A stretch of DNA of 64,000 bases from Candidatus Eiseniibacteriota bacterium (GTDB lineage Bacteria > Eisenbacteria > RBG-16-71-46 > CAZEPH01): contig JBGATO010000015.1 of the NCBI GenBank assembly GCA_044229145.1, positions 1 to 64,000 on the forward strand, given 5' to 3'. The notes under the pieces were generated by a model. That model made no database searches, was not told the origin of the DNA, and saw only the letters and a program-made list of their open reading frames with translations. Below, piece after piece: positions 1 to 9,012 of the stretch. How positions within the stretch are numbered: the stretch's first letter is position 1; each line of letters begins with the position of its first letter. The position numbers and the translations under genes are program-made.

Positions 1-674
1 GACATCGGGACATGACGGCAACGCGCCAGCCAGGCGAGCGTCGCGCCGGACGCCGCGCGCACAGCGGAAGCCGGCGCGCCGACCGCCCAGGTGTAGGCCC
101 AGACGAGGACGATTGCCGTCGCACGTGCCCCACCGTGGGCAGCCCCGAGTGCGCCGGCGAAGGCTCCCAGCATCTCCAGGACGAGCGTCAGGTGCAGCCC
201 GGATATCGCCAGGACATGGAGCGTGCCGGTCTCCCGGAAGGCACGCGCGTCCTCGGCCGAGATCTCGCCGCCTCGATTCAGGACCAGCGTCGACGCGAGG
301 GACGCCGACGCGCCGGTCAGGTGTGCCTGCACCGATCTGTCGATCCGGCGGAGCACTCCCCCGTTTGCCTCGGGTGCGACCACCCTGCGGGCCGCGGCCG
401 CGGGGACCGGCTGCCAGTGCCGCGGTGTCGCGAAGTTTCCCGGCGCCCCCGCGGGTACGGGCGACAGGAACGCACCGCGCAGCATCGCCACGCATCCGAG
501 CGCGAGAAACCACGCGAGGCACAGGCCGCGTGACGCCCGGCGCGTCGCCCACCAGGCGACGGCGGCGATCCCCGGAACCGCCTCCACGTTGCCGGCCACC
601 ACGCGCGCGCCGGTCGCCAAGCCCGCGACCGTGATCGCGAGCCCGACCCACGCCTCCCGCTCCCCGCGTCCCAT
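1..674 (-). CDS. comEC: ComEC/Rec2 competence family membrane protein (5' part; runs off the window edge)
   Basis: Manual translation of the minus strand (absent from the ORF track because no stop lies in the window): MGRGEREAWVGLAITV...AFRETGTLHVLAISGLHL...VWAYTWAVGAPASAVRA. It contains the ComEC 'HxxAISGLH' and 'S-x-x-RA' motifs. Confidence 0.85.
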   Translation of the reverse strand, partial: MGRGEREAWVGLAITVAGLATGARVVAGNVEAVPGIAAVAWWATRRASRGLCLAWFLALGCVAMLRGAFLSPVPAGAPGNFATPRHWQPVPAAAARRVVAPEANGGVLRRIDRSVQAHLTGASASLASTLVLNRGGEISAEDARAFRETGTLHVLAISGLHLTLVLEMLGAFAGALGAAHGGARATAIVLVWAYTWAVGAPASAVRAASGATLAWLARCRHVPM

Positions 675-690
675 CACGGGGGGAGCCGCC

Positions 691-705
691 GCGAGGAACG
701 TGCCA
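691..705 (-). promoter_or_regulatory. Possible sigma-54 (-24/-12) promoter upstream of comEC
   Basis: The minus strand reads TGGCACGTTCCTCGC (GG-N10-GC) with a perfect TGGCACG -24 box. The -12 box is TCGC rather than TTGC. Confidence 0.35.
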
Positions 706-797
706 GCATCGATACTGCGTCCCGCCAACAGTCCACCTGCTAACTCAGTACGCGCCCCACTTCATGTGGCGCGCGAATCGTGTGCGCAGACGACGAA

Positions 798-828
798 AGA
801 ACGCCGGCCGACGAGCGACCGGCGTTCT
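798..828 (-). terminator. Putative intrinsic terminator after the TPR gene
   Basis: Inverted repeat AGAACGCCGG...CCGGCGTTCT followed by a short T tract on the minus strand, about 25 nt after the stop. Confidence 0.5.
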
Positions 829-852
829 CGCATGACGGAACGAAGGGGGGTG

Positions 853-2205
853 CTAGCTGGCGACTTGCTCGGCCTCGCCGTGCAACGCGAGCTCCATGTC
901 CTTGGCGGCGCGCAGGAATCGCTCGCGGGCCGAACGGGCGCGCTTGCGCATGCCCAGCATCTGATAGGCATGACCGAGGTGATAGTGCGCCGGGCCATAG
1001 TCCGGATTCACTTGGATCGCTTCTTCCAGCACCGTGAGCGCCTTCTGTGCTTCTCTGTTTTCGAGGTGGATGCGGGCCACGTTCACCAAGATATCCGCGG
1101 AGGTCAGCCCGTTCGCCAGTGTCCGCTCGTACTCCTGGCGGGCGAGCAGGTAGTCGCCACGACGCAGCAGCGTGAACGCCAGGGCATTGCGGGCGATCGC
1201 GTAGTCCGGGTTGATGCGCAGCGCCGCGAGATAGCATTCGACGGCCTGGTCGAGGTCCCCCTCGTCGTACCACAGCAAGCCAAGGTTGAAGTGGATGTCC
1301 GCGTAACGCGGTGCCCGATCGCGCGCTTCCTCGAAGTGGCGAATGGCACGCCGCGACTCGCCCTGCCGGGCGAACTCGTATGCGCACGCGAGGCGGATTT
1401 TCACCGCGTCGGGGCACAGGCGCAGACCCTCGGCGTACTCGCGGAGCGCGCGTTCCTCGTCGCCCTGCGCAGCGGAGAGTTGTCCCAGATTCGCGTAGTA
1501 GGCGTCGACGTCGTATGCCACCGCATAGGCTTGGCGGTAGGCGTCACGGGCCGCCGGCGCATTGCCTTCGCCGCTCTGCAGGTGGCCCAGATACTCGTAC
1601 CACACCGCCATCGCGCGATTCTGTTCCAGACGGCTGGCCCAGGCACGCGCCGCATCTTCCTCGAGATGTTCGCCGCGGAAGATCCGCGCGGCCGCGAGAT
1701 CTTCGGCGCAGGCATCGGCCAGCGCGCCGGCGCGCCGCAGATACGACCCCGCCGCGCTGAAATCTCCGGCATCGATGAGCGCAACGGCAGCGTTCAGCAG
1801 CGGAACCGGATTGGCGGGCGCCCGGTCGAATGCAGCGTCGAACGCCTTCACCGCCTCGCCGGCATTGCCCTGTGCCGACCACCACACGCCGAGATCGTTC
1901 CACGCCCAGGCAGCGTCGGGATCCGCGGTGCGCGCGTGGTCGAACAGCCCGCGCGCCGCCTCGAAGAGACCGGCCTGCAAGTTTACATAACCCAAAGCCG
2001 CCCGCGCCAAGTCGAATCGCGGGTTGATCTCGCAGGCGCGCGCGCACGCGACGCGTGCGGCCGCAAGATCGCCGGCGCGCGCCAGGGCCAAGCCCAGCTT
2101 GAGGTGGAGGTCCGGGTAATCCGGATGCCGCGCGATCTCCGCGTCCAGGCTGGCGCGGGCGATGTCGGCAACGTCGGCGACCAGGTGCAAGGTGTCCGGA
2201 GCCAT
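853..2205 (-). CDS. Tetratricopeptide repeat protein (450 aa)
   Basis: Many TPR units (HPDYPDLHLKLG, APRYADIHFNLG, INPDYAIARNALA, VNPDYGPAHYHLG). Confidence 0.85.
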   Translation of the reverse strand: MAPDTLHLVADVADIARASLDAEIARHPDYPDLHLKLGLALARAGDLAAARVACARACEINPRFDLARAALGYVNLQAGLFEAARGLFDHARTADPDAAWAWNDLGVWWSAQGNAGEAVKAFDAAFDRAPANPVPLLNAAVALIDAGDFSAAGSYLRRAGALADACAEDLAAARIFRGEHLEEDAARAWASRLEQNRAMAVWYEYLGHLQSGEGNAPAARDAYRQAYAVAYDVDAYYANLGQLSAAQGDEERALREYAEGLRLCPDAVKIRLACAYEFARQGESRRAIRHFEEARDRAPRYADIHFNLGLLWYDEGDLDQAVECYLAALRINPDYAIARNALAFTLLRRGDYLLARQEYERTLANGLTSADILVNVARIHLENREAQKALTVLEEAIQVNPDYGPAHYHLGHAYQMLGMRKRARSARERFLRAAKDMELALHGEAEQVAS

Positions 2206-2210
2206 GTCGT

Positions 2211-2468
2211 TTATCCCGTCTGCTGGGTGCCGGTAACGTGGGAGACCACATCGCGCACACCCGGCACCTGCCGGATTTCGCGTTCGATCTCCTGGAGCAC
2301 ACTGCGCCCCGCGGCCGGGGCGCTGGAGCCGGGCCCCGCGCCGAGGACGGTCCCGCGCAGATACACGACTCCGTTGGTGGTGCCGAAATCCAGCCCGCCA
2401 GTGTTCGCCCGGCGGCGGCTCAAAACGATTTGTACGGCGGCGTTGATGCGGAAGTCTTGCTGCGACAC
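2211..2468 (-). CDS. Small BON-like domain protein (about 85 aa)
   Basis: C-terminal part of ORF 2211..2828: QQDFRINAAVQIVL...TTNGVVYLRGTV...IRQVPGVRDVVSHV matches the BON pattern. GTG start follows an AGGGAGG RBS. Confidence 0.65.
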   Translation of the reverse strand: MSQQDFRINAAVQIVLSRRRANTGGLDFGTTNGVVYLRGTVLGAGPGSSAPAAGRSVLQEIEREIRQVPGVRDVVSHVTGTQQTG

Positions 2469-2610
2469 GTCCACCTCCCTGCGGTCGCGGCCCCCTCGTC
2501 GGCGTGGGTGACCCGGGTTCTCTATCGGCGTGCCCCGGGCAAAAGATAAGGGGAAACGGCTCGGCAGCCGTCTCCCCCGCGTCGCTTTCCGTGGACGGAC
2601 CTGCCCCCGG

Positions 2611-3873
2611 CTAGCTTCCGGGCACGTCGAGCGCGTCGCCGCTCGCCAGCGGGCCGTGGAAATGCTCTTCGAACAACCCCGGCCCGACCCGGCAATTCCG
2701 GCCGACCACGAGCTTTTCCGGCAGCCGCGCGTTGCGGCCGACCAGCGTGATGCCACTCGACAGGTGATCGGGACACGAGCGGTTCGGCGTGACGTCGCTG
2801 CCGTGGCCAATCTCGGCGCCGGCGCCAATGTGCGCGCCCTTGTCGACGATGACGCGGTCGAGCACCGCGCCCGGCCCGATCCACGCGCCGTGCATGATGA
2901 TGGAATCGGTCACCCGCGCGCCCTTCTCCACCACGACGCCAGCGAACAGCACCGAGCGTTCGACGTGGCCGCGAATCATCGAACCCTGCGCCACCAGACT
3001 CTGCTCCGCCGAGCCCTCCCCGATGAACCGCACCGGCGCCGCGTCACCCGGCACGGTATGAATCACCCAATGGCGATCGTGCAGATCGAGCTTCGGCCGT
3101 TCGCTCACCAGATCCATCGTCGCGTCGTAGTAGCTATCGATCGTCCCGATGTCCTGCCAGTAATCGTCGAAGACGTACCCGTAAGCTCCGCCGCTCTTCA
3201 CGAATGCCGGTACGATCGTCTTGCCGAAGTCGGGATCGAGGCCGTCGCGGACGATCTGGTCGAGCGCTTCCTCGAGCGCCTTGAGGCGGAAGATATAGAC
3301 ACCCATCGACGCCGTGAGTGCACGCGGGCGCGCGGGCTTCTCCTCGAAACCGACGATGCGGCCGGTCTCGTCGAGTTCGGCGATGCCGAGCCCCGCCGCC
3401 GCCTCGCGCGTCACCGTGGTGACCGCCACCGTGACGTCGGCGCGCGTGTCGCGGTGGAACTCATGCATGCGGCGATAGTCCATCTTGTACACGTGATCGC
3501 CCGACAGAATGAGGATGTCGTCGGACTTGCGCTCGCGCATGTGAACGAGATTCTGATACACGGCGTCGGCGGTGCCGCGGTACCAGTCGGTGTCGCGCCA
3601 GCCGATATACGGCTGCAGCAACTCCACGCCGCCGCTGCGGCGGTCGAGATCCCACGCCCGGCCAGTTCCGATGTGGTCGTTCAGCGAACCGGGCCGGTAC
3701 TGCGTCAGGATCGACACATCGTAGATGCCGGAGTTCACGCAGTTCGACAGCGTGAAGTCGATGATGCGATACCGGCCGCCGAACGGCACCGCCGGTTTCG
3801 CGCGCGTCGCCGCAAGCAGGCACAAGCGGCTGCCCATGCCGCCGGCGAGGATCACCGCATAACTCAGGCTCAT
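2611..3873 (-). CDS. glgC: Glucose-1-phosphate adenylyltransferase (ADP-glucose pyrophosphorylase), canonical copy
   Basis: ILAGGMGSRL...RAKPAVPFGGRYRIIDFTLSNCVNSG, WYRGTADAV, ILSGDHVYKMDY, FEEKP, SMGVYIF, YWQDIGT, and a C-terminal hexapeptide beta-helix. The ATG overlaps the upstream stop (ATGA). Confidence 0.92.
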   Translation of the reverse strand: MSLSYAVILAGGMGSRLCLLAATRAKPAVPFGGRYRIIDFTLSNCVNSGIYDVSILTQYRPGSLNDHIGTGRAWDLDRRSGGVELLQPYIGWRDTDWYRGTADAVYQNLVHMRERKSDDILILSGDHVYKMDYRRMHEFHRDTRADVTVAVTTVTREAAAGLGIAELDETGRIVGFEEKPARPRALTASMGVYIFRLKALEEALDQIVRDGLDPDFGKTIVPAFVKSGGAYGYVFDDYWQDIGTIDSYYDATMDLVSERPKLDLHDRHWVIHTVPGDAAPVRFIGEGSAEQSLVAQGSMIRGHVERSVLFAGVVVEKGARVTDSIIMHGAWIGPGAVLDRVIVDKGAHIGAGAEIGHGSDVTPNRSCPDHLSSGITLVGRNARLPEKLVVGRNCRVGPGLFEEHFHGPLASGDALDVPGS

Positions 3874-5156
3874 CGCGCGCTCCCTTCGCTGAACGGCGCG
3901 AGGCCATCGGCGCCGATGAACGAGCCGGGTTCGACGACGCCGCCGGTGCGCGCGAACGCGGCCTCGCCGATGTCGGTGTCGAGGATGCTCTCGCGGCCAA
4001 TGCTCATCTTCGGCGGTACGATGGCGTTCTTGCCGACGATCGTGACGCCGGGCGCCGACCACGCGGTGGTGCGCGCCGCCGGCACCTCGCCAGCGCCGAT
4101 CGCCGCGGCTTCGCCGATCACCACGTTCTTGTCGACGATCGCGCGGTCCACCATCGCGCGGCGATGGATCACCGCATCGTGCATGATCACCGAATCGCTC
4201 ACCACCGCGCCCTCTTCCACCACCACTCCGGGCGACAGCACCGAATTGATCACGGTGCCCCAGATGCGTGCGCCGTGCGACACCAGCGACTGTTGCACGC
4301 GCGCCCCGCGACAGAACTTCGCCGGCGGGCGCTCCTCGCTCGGGCTGTAGACCAGCCAATCGGGATTCGACAGCGGCAAACGCGGATGACGGCCGAGCAG
4401 GCTCATGCTCGCGCCGTAGTACGTGTCGACGCTGCCGACGTCCTGCCAGTAGCCCTCGTACTCGTAGGCGCCGATCGGTTCCCCGGCCGCCAATTGGGGC
4501 ATCACGATGTCGTAGACGAGATGCGTCGGCGCCGGATCGGCCTTCAGCAATTCGACGAGGTACCGCGTGTTGAAAACGTAGATGCCGAGGAAGATGTGCG
4601 GGAGTTCGCTGGTCTCGGGCTTCTCGATGAATCCGGTCACCCGTGTGCCGTCGACTTCCACCATGCCGACGCGCCGCGTATCTTGGCGCGCCTCGCGGCG
4701 TCCCACCGCGAGCGTCAGGCGCGACCCGTGGCGCACATGCTGCTCGATCAGCGGGCCGTAATCCATCGTGTACACCTCGTCGCCCGAGAGGACGAGCGTG
4801 TAGCGGGCGCCGGAGTGCTCGAGCAGCGACAAGTTTTGCAGCAGCGCATCGGCGGTGCCGGCGTACCAGTTCGATCCCTGGCTGCGCACGTAGGGTTGCA
4901 GCAATTTGACGCCGCCGTCGCGACGGTCGAAGTCCCACGGCCGCCCGATCCCGACATGACGGTTGAGCGAGACCGGCGCGTACTGCGTGAGGATGCCGAC
5001 GCGGTAGATGTCCGAATGCGCCAAGTTCGACAAACAGAAGTCGATGATGCGGTACTTCCCCCCGAACGGCACGGCGCTGGTGGGTCGGTGCTTGGTAAGC
5101 ACCGACAGGCGGTCGCCGCGACCGCCGGCCAAGATCATCGCCACCACTTCGCGCAT
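3870..5156 (-). CDS. ADP-glucose pyrophosphorylase paralog (divergent, GlgD-like)
   Basis: ILAGGRGDRL...RPTSAVPFGGKYRIIDF, WYAGTADAL, LSGDEVYTMDY, FIEKP, YWQDVGS. RAKP is replaced by RPTS. Confidence 0.85.
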   Translation of the reverse strand: MREVVAMILAGGRGDRLSVLTKHRPTSAVPFGGKYRIIDFCLSNLAHSDIYRVGILTQYAPVSLNRHVGIGRPWDFDRRDGGVKLLQPYVRSQGSNWYAGTADALLQNLSLLEHSGARYTLVLSGDEVYTMDYGPLIEQHVRHGSRLTLAVGRREARQDTRRVGMVEVDGTRVTGFIEKPETSELPHIFLGIYVFNTRYLVELLKADPAPTHLVYDIVMPQLAAGEPIGAYEYEGYWQDVGSVDTYYGASMSLLGRHPRLPLSNPDWLVYSPSEERPPAKFCRGARVQQSLVSHGARIWGTVINSVLSPGVVVEEGAVVSDSVIMHDAVIHRRAMVDRAIVDKNVVIGEAAAIGAGEVPAARTTAWSAPGVTIVGKNAIVPPKMSIGRESILDTDIGEAAFARTGGVVEPGSFIGADGLAPFSEGSAR

Positions 5157-5188
5157 CGTCTCGTCTCCCCGAGGCCGGAATCTCGGCG

Positions 5189-5218
5189 ACTATAAAAGCG
5201 ACACGCGCCGGGCGGCAA
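5189..5218 (-). promoter_or_regulatory. Putative sigma-70 promoter for the glg pair
   Basis: TTGCCG-N18-TATAGT on the minus strand, about 30 nt upstream of the ATG at 5156. Confidence 0.45.
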
Positions 5219-5251
5219 CTGCCCAGGCGCGTGTCCTCGGTGACGAAACGG

Positions 5252-6316
5252 TTAGAACTGGTACTGCGCGCTGATCCGGTGCGTGGTGTCGAGGTCCTGG
5301 TGTCCGACGAACGCGTAGTCGAGGCCGATCTTGTTCCAGCGGAGGCCGGCCCCAGCGGCCAGCTGCCCGGCGGCATCGCCCAGACGCACGGCGAGCGCCC
5401 GCTTGTACCAGTATTCGGCGCCGACGTAGAAGTCGGTCGCCGCGCCGGCGATGGTCGCTTGGGTGTCGCCGGTCTTGCCCTCGAAGGTCATATTGGCGTC
5501 GGCCGCCACCGTGAGCACGCCGTCGAAGCGTGCGAGCGGCTTCATCCACATCACACCGAGCCGCGCCGACGGCGTCACCGACTCGCGCTGCCCGGTGTCC
5601 CACGAAATCAGCGTGCTGGTGGCGTCGCTCACCCGCAGTCCGACACCGAACGACCGTGACGGCGTGAACATGAGCCCGATGTCGCTGCCGATGCCGAAAC
5701 TCGACGAGTCGAGCACCTGCTGGCGAATCAGCTTGGCGTTCACCCCGAGCGCGAGGCGGCTGGACAGCGCCTTGGCGTAGCTGAGAAGGAACCCGAGGTC
5801 GCTGTTGCTGCGCCACTCGATCTTGCTCTCGTCGATGAGCACGTACTCGCCCGGGCCAAGGATGCCGTCGCCCTCGCCCGCGTCGTGCGTGTTGGCCTGG
5901 CCGTCGGCTCCAACATCCACCAACGTGCCGCCGCCGCTATCGCCGTCGAGCTGCGGGATGTTGTCGATCGCGCTGCGGATCAGCGACACCGCGAGCACCG
6001 ACGAGCGCGGCGTCCCGGGATCCAGCGGATGCACGTACGACGCGAAATCGTAGTTGACCAGCGCGCCGAACTGCTCGGCATGGAGCGCCGACACCTCGCG
6101 CTGCTTCACGAATACCAGACCGGCGGGATTCCAATATCCGGCGGTGCCGTCGTCGGCCACCGCGACGAACGCCTCGCCCATCCCGAGCGCCCGCGCCCCC
6201 GCTCCGATCTTCAGGAACTCGGCCGCATACTTGTCGCCCGCAGTAGCCGCGCCGGTCCACCCGGCACCGAGTGCCAGGGCCAGCGTCCAGGGTGCGATCG
6301 TCCGCACCTGCGTCAT
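5252..6316 (-). CDS. PorV/PorQ-like (FadL-fold) outer-membrane beta-barrel protein
   Basis: Signal peptide, then FLKIGAGARALGMGEAFVAVADDGTAGYWNPAGL, and a C-terminus LDYAF...LDTTHRISAQYQF with the terminal Phe typical of BAM substrates. Confidence 0.8.
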   Translation of the reverse strand: MTQVRTIAPWTLALALGAGWTGAATAGDKYAAEFLKIGAGARALGMGEAFVAVADDGTAGYWNPAGLVFVKQREVSALHAEQFGALVNYDFASYVHPLDPGTPRSSVLAVSLIRSAIDNIPQLDGDSGGGTLVDVGADGQANTHDAGEGDGILGPGEYVLIDESKIEWRSNSDLGFLLSYAKALSSRLALGVNAKLIRQQVLDSSSFGIGSDIGLMFTPSRSFGVGLRVSDATSTLISWDTGQRESVTPSARLGVMWMKPLARFDGVLTVAADANMTFEGKTGDTQATIAGAATDFYVGAEYWYKRALAVRLGDAAGQLAAGAGLRWNKIGLDYAFVGHQDLDTTHRISAQYQF

Positions 6317-6379
6317 CCTCGTCCTCCTCTGGGGCCGCCGTCGCGGTGGGGCCACGGTCCGGCGTGTGCGGCAGTGCAC

Positions 6380-6745
6380 CTAGTGAGCCAAGTGCGAGGC
6401 GATGAAGCTATTCAGCGTCGCGCGATCGGCCTCGGAAATCTCGGTGAAACACACCGCCACGTCGAAAAAGGTTCGCTTGGCGGGATCGCGGGACGGCTCG
6501 CAGCGCACCACGACGGCGCGCACCTCGACCGGCAGCGGGGCCGGCTTGACCGGCAGCACGAGTGTGAGCCCGAGCCGCGTGAATTCCTCCATCGCCCGCA
6601 CCGACCGGAACGACAGCCCGCCGGAACTGATGTTGATGCTCTCGCTGACGATGCCCCCATCGTGGGGACCGTCGCCCATCTGCAGGGCGAACGTGGCCTG
6701 CACGCGCGGGTGCTGGCGGCGTTCGGCGGTGGTGCGCTGGGTCAT
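6380..6745 (-). CDS. PilZ domain protein (putative c-di-GMP receptor)
   Basis: ERRQHPR (RxxxR) and NISSGG (D/NxSxxG) motifs. Stand-alone domain of about 121 aa. Confidence 0.85.
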   Translation of the reverse strand: MTQRTTAERRQHPRVQATFALQMGDGPHDGGIVSESINISSGGLSFRSVRAMEEFTRLGLTLVLPVKPAPLPVEVRAVVVRCEPSRDPAKRTFFDVAVCFTEISEADRATLNSFIASHLAH

Positions 6746-6776
6746 GTCCGTGACTCCTGTGTCCGTGTGATGCAGG

Positions 6777-8798
6777 TCAGCGTCGACGACGCGGATGCCA
6801 GGGAGCACGCGCCGGAGGGCGTCCCATGCCGCGCCGGCGGCGGGGCGGGTCCTCGATCGGGGCGAACTCCAGTTCGCGGGTTTCCGGTGTGACCCGGGCG
6901 ATGCGCACGCGGATTCGCGCACCGACCGCGATCTTGCCGCCACTGCGCCGTCCGATCAAGGCGAACCGTTCGGCGTCCATCTCGTAATCATCGTCCCACA
7001 GGGCTTCGCGCGGGAGGCGTCCGTCCACCGGCGGGTCGGCGAGCTCCAGAAACGCGGCCTGCGGGGTAAGGCCGACGACCGTTGCCTCGACTTCGTCCCC
7101 GAGTCGATCGACCAACAGCCGCAGGACCTTGAGCCGCGTGGCGGCGCGTTCGGCCTGTTCCGCCCGTTCCTCGCGGGCGGAGACGTGATCGCCGAGCTCG
7201 CGTAGCCAGCTCATCCGCGCCTCGCGTTCCTCCGCCGTTAGGACTTCGCCCGACACCGCGGCACGCAGCAGACGGTGATTCACCAGGTCGGCATAGCGGC
7301 GGATCGGCGACGTGAAGTGGCAATAGCCTGCGGTGCCGAGGCCGCTGTGCCCGGTATCGTCGGGAGAGTACCGCGCCCGCTCCAGGGAGCGCAGCACGTA
7401 GTTGTGCAGGACCGAGCGCTGGGGCTCCGGCAGCGGCTGCTCTAGGAGCCGCCGGGCACGCTCTTCCGCGCCCCCCTCGCCGGTGACCGGCAGCCGGACG
7501 CCGAGCACGCGGGCGAGGCGAAACGCCGTTTGCAGCTTATCGGGATCGGGTTCGGGGTGGATGCGGTACAGCAGCGGCATGTGGCGCCGCGCCATTTCGG
7601 CGCCCACCAGTTCGTTGGCCGCCAGCATCATCTCCTCGACGATGCGGTGCGTTTCGAGCCGCACCTCTGGCTCGGCGTGCACCGGCCGGCCGTCGGGCGT
7701 CAGCGCGACATGGATTTCCGGCAGGTCGAGATCCCAGGCGCCGCGGGCCACCCGGCGCGCCCGTAGCACTGCCGCGGCGGCCCGCATCGCCGCGAGCGCC
7801 TCGATCAACCCGGCCGGTTCGTCGGCGGCGCGGGTCGCGGTGCCGTCCAGGAGTGCCTGTCCGCGCTCGTACGACAGCCGCGCCGCGTTGCGTATCCACG
7901 ACCATCCGAAGGCCGGCGCACTGCGATGGCCGGCGGCATCGAGTGTGAATCGCACCGACGCCACCGCACGCGGCGCTCCCGGCACCAAGCTCGCGCCCTC
8001 CCACGACATCCGTTCCGGCAGCATGCGCACGACGCCGTCGGGCAGATAGACACTGGTCGAACGCTCGCGCGCCTCGCGATCCATCGCGCCGCCTTCCGCC
8101 ACGAATGCGGCGACGTCGGCGATGTGCACATGGATACGCCAGCGGCCATCCGGCAAGGTATCGATGGCCAGCGCATCGTCGAAGTCGTGCGCGGTCTCGG
8201 GGTCCATCGTGAGGACGAGGGCGGCGGTGTCATCGTCGCGGCCGGTCACGGGCGCCGCAGGCAATCCGGCGAGCGACGCGCGTTCGTCCTCGAGCACGTC
8301 GGGTGGGAACTCGCCCGCGAGTCCGAACTCGACGGCGACGCGGCGGCTGTCGAGCCGCGGATCGTCGTCACGCCCGAGCACCGACACGAGGCGCGCACGC
8401 TCCAGCGGCTTGCCGCGCACGCCAGGCCGCGGCGGCTCGCCTCCGATTTCGACAAGCAACAAGTCCCCAGGCGCCACTGTGAGGCGCCCGGGGTTGTCGA
8501 GTCCCAGCGGAGATGGAAGGCCGGCGTCGTAGGGCCGGCACACCGGCACACGGGCCGCGGTCGCTGGAAGCGCCCGGGCGACGATGCGCCGCCGCGGGCG
8601 TTCCACGATCCGCACAACCTCTCCCTGCCACCCGCGCGCTCCCTGTTCGACCAGGATGTCGACCAGGTCTCCCGAGCGCGCCTCGCCCACCTCGCTCGCG
8701 GGGATGAAGACGTCGGCGTCCCATCCCTCGATCGTGACGAAGCCAAATCCTCTCGCCGTCACGGCCAAGCGGCCGCGCTGCACGCGCGAGCGGTTCAT
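6777..8798 (-). CDS. rnr: Ribonuclease R / RNase II (RNB) family exoribonuclease
   Basis: Cold-shock domain GFGFV, catalytic DPETAHDFDDA, HIADV, VEEMMLAANE, HFTSPIRRYADLVNHRLL, and a C-terminal S1 domain. Confidence 0.88.
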   Translation of the reverse strand: MNRSRVQRGRLAVTARGFGFVTIEGWDADVFIPASEVGEARSGDLVDILVEQGARGWQGEVVRIVERPRRRIVARALPATAARVPVCRPYDAGLPSPLGLDNPGRLTVAPGDLLLVEIGGEPPRPGVRGKPLERARLVSVLGRDDDPRLDSRRVAVEFGLAGEFPPDVLEDERASLAGLPAAPVTGRDDDTAALVLTMDPETAHDFDDALAIDTLPDGRWRIHVHIADVAAFVAEGGAMDREARERSTSVYLPDGVVRMLPERMSWEGASLVPGAPRAVASVRFTLDAAGHRSAPAFGWSWIRNAARLSYERGQALLDGTATRAADEPAGLIEALAAMRAAAAVLRARRVARGAWDLDLPEIHVALTPDGRPVHAEPEVRLETHRIVEEMMLAANELVGAEMARRHMPLLYRIHPEPDPDKLQTAFRLARVLGVRLPVTGEGGAEERARRLLEQPLPEPQRSVLHNYVLRSLERARYSPDDTGHSGLGTAGYCHFTSPIRRYADLVNHRLLRAAVSGEVLTAEEREARMSWLRELGDHVSAREERAEQAERAATRLKVLRLLVDRLGDEVEATVVGLTPQAAFLELADPPVDGRLPREALWDDDYEMDAERFALIGRRSGGKIAVGARIRVRIARVTPETRELEFAPIEDPPRRRRGMGRPPARAPWHPRRRR

Positions 8799-8844
8799 CG
8801 GCTGAGGCGCGCGGCTCGGGGGCCGCGCGCGGGGTCCGGCTGGA

Positions 8845-8937
8845 TTAGACCTTCTTCTTGTGGCGGTCGCGACGGAGCCGCTTCTTCCGCTTGTGCGTCG
8901 CGATCTTCTTCCGCTTGCGCTTCTTCCCACTTCCCAT
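8845..8937 (-). CDS. 30S ribosomal protein bS22 (AURKAIP1/COX24/mS38 family), 30 aa
   Basis: Manual translation MGSGKKRKRKKIATHKRKKRLRRDRHKKKV*, with a GAGGGAG RBS upstream. It closely follows the Bacteroidota bS22 pattern MPSGKKRKRHK.ATHKRKKRLR. Confidence 0.88.
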   Translation of the reverse strand: MGSGKKRKRKKIATHKRKKRLRRDRHKKKV

Positions 8938-9012
8938 TCTGACTCCCTCTTCGTTGGTGAGGATGCCGGGCGACCGGCCCGGCGTCTCGCGGATAGCCTC
9001 CGCCCGCCCGTC

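Noticed and set aside
223..2511. Long plus-strand ORFs (e.g. 223..2511, 20821..23298, 26402..29779, 48926..50974, 55222..57108)
   Set aside because: They are antisense shadows of clear minus-strand genes in high-GC DNA, with Arg/Ala-rich translations and no recognisable motifs.
2611..5376. 921-aa ORF read as a single fusion; likewise 23767..25968, 29288..30760, 29803..32001, 53136..55379, 55183..58425 and 61077..62741
   Set aside because: The N-terminal extensions are off-frame overlaps with upstream genes. The real genes start at internal RBS-linked or stop-coupled codons.
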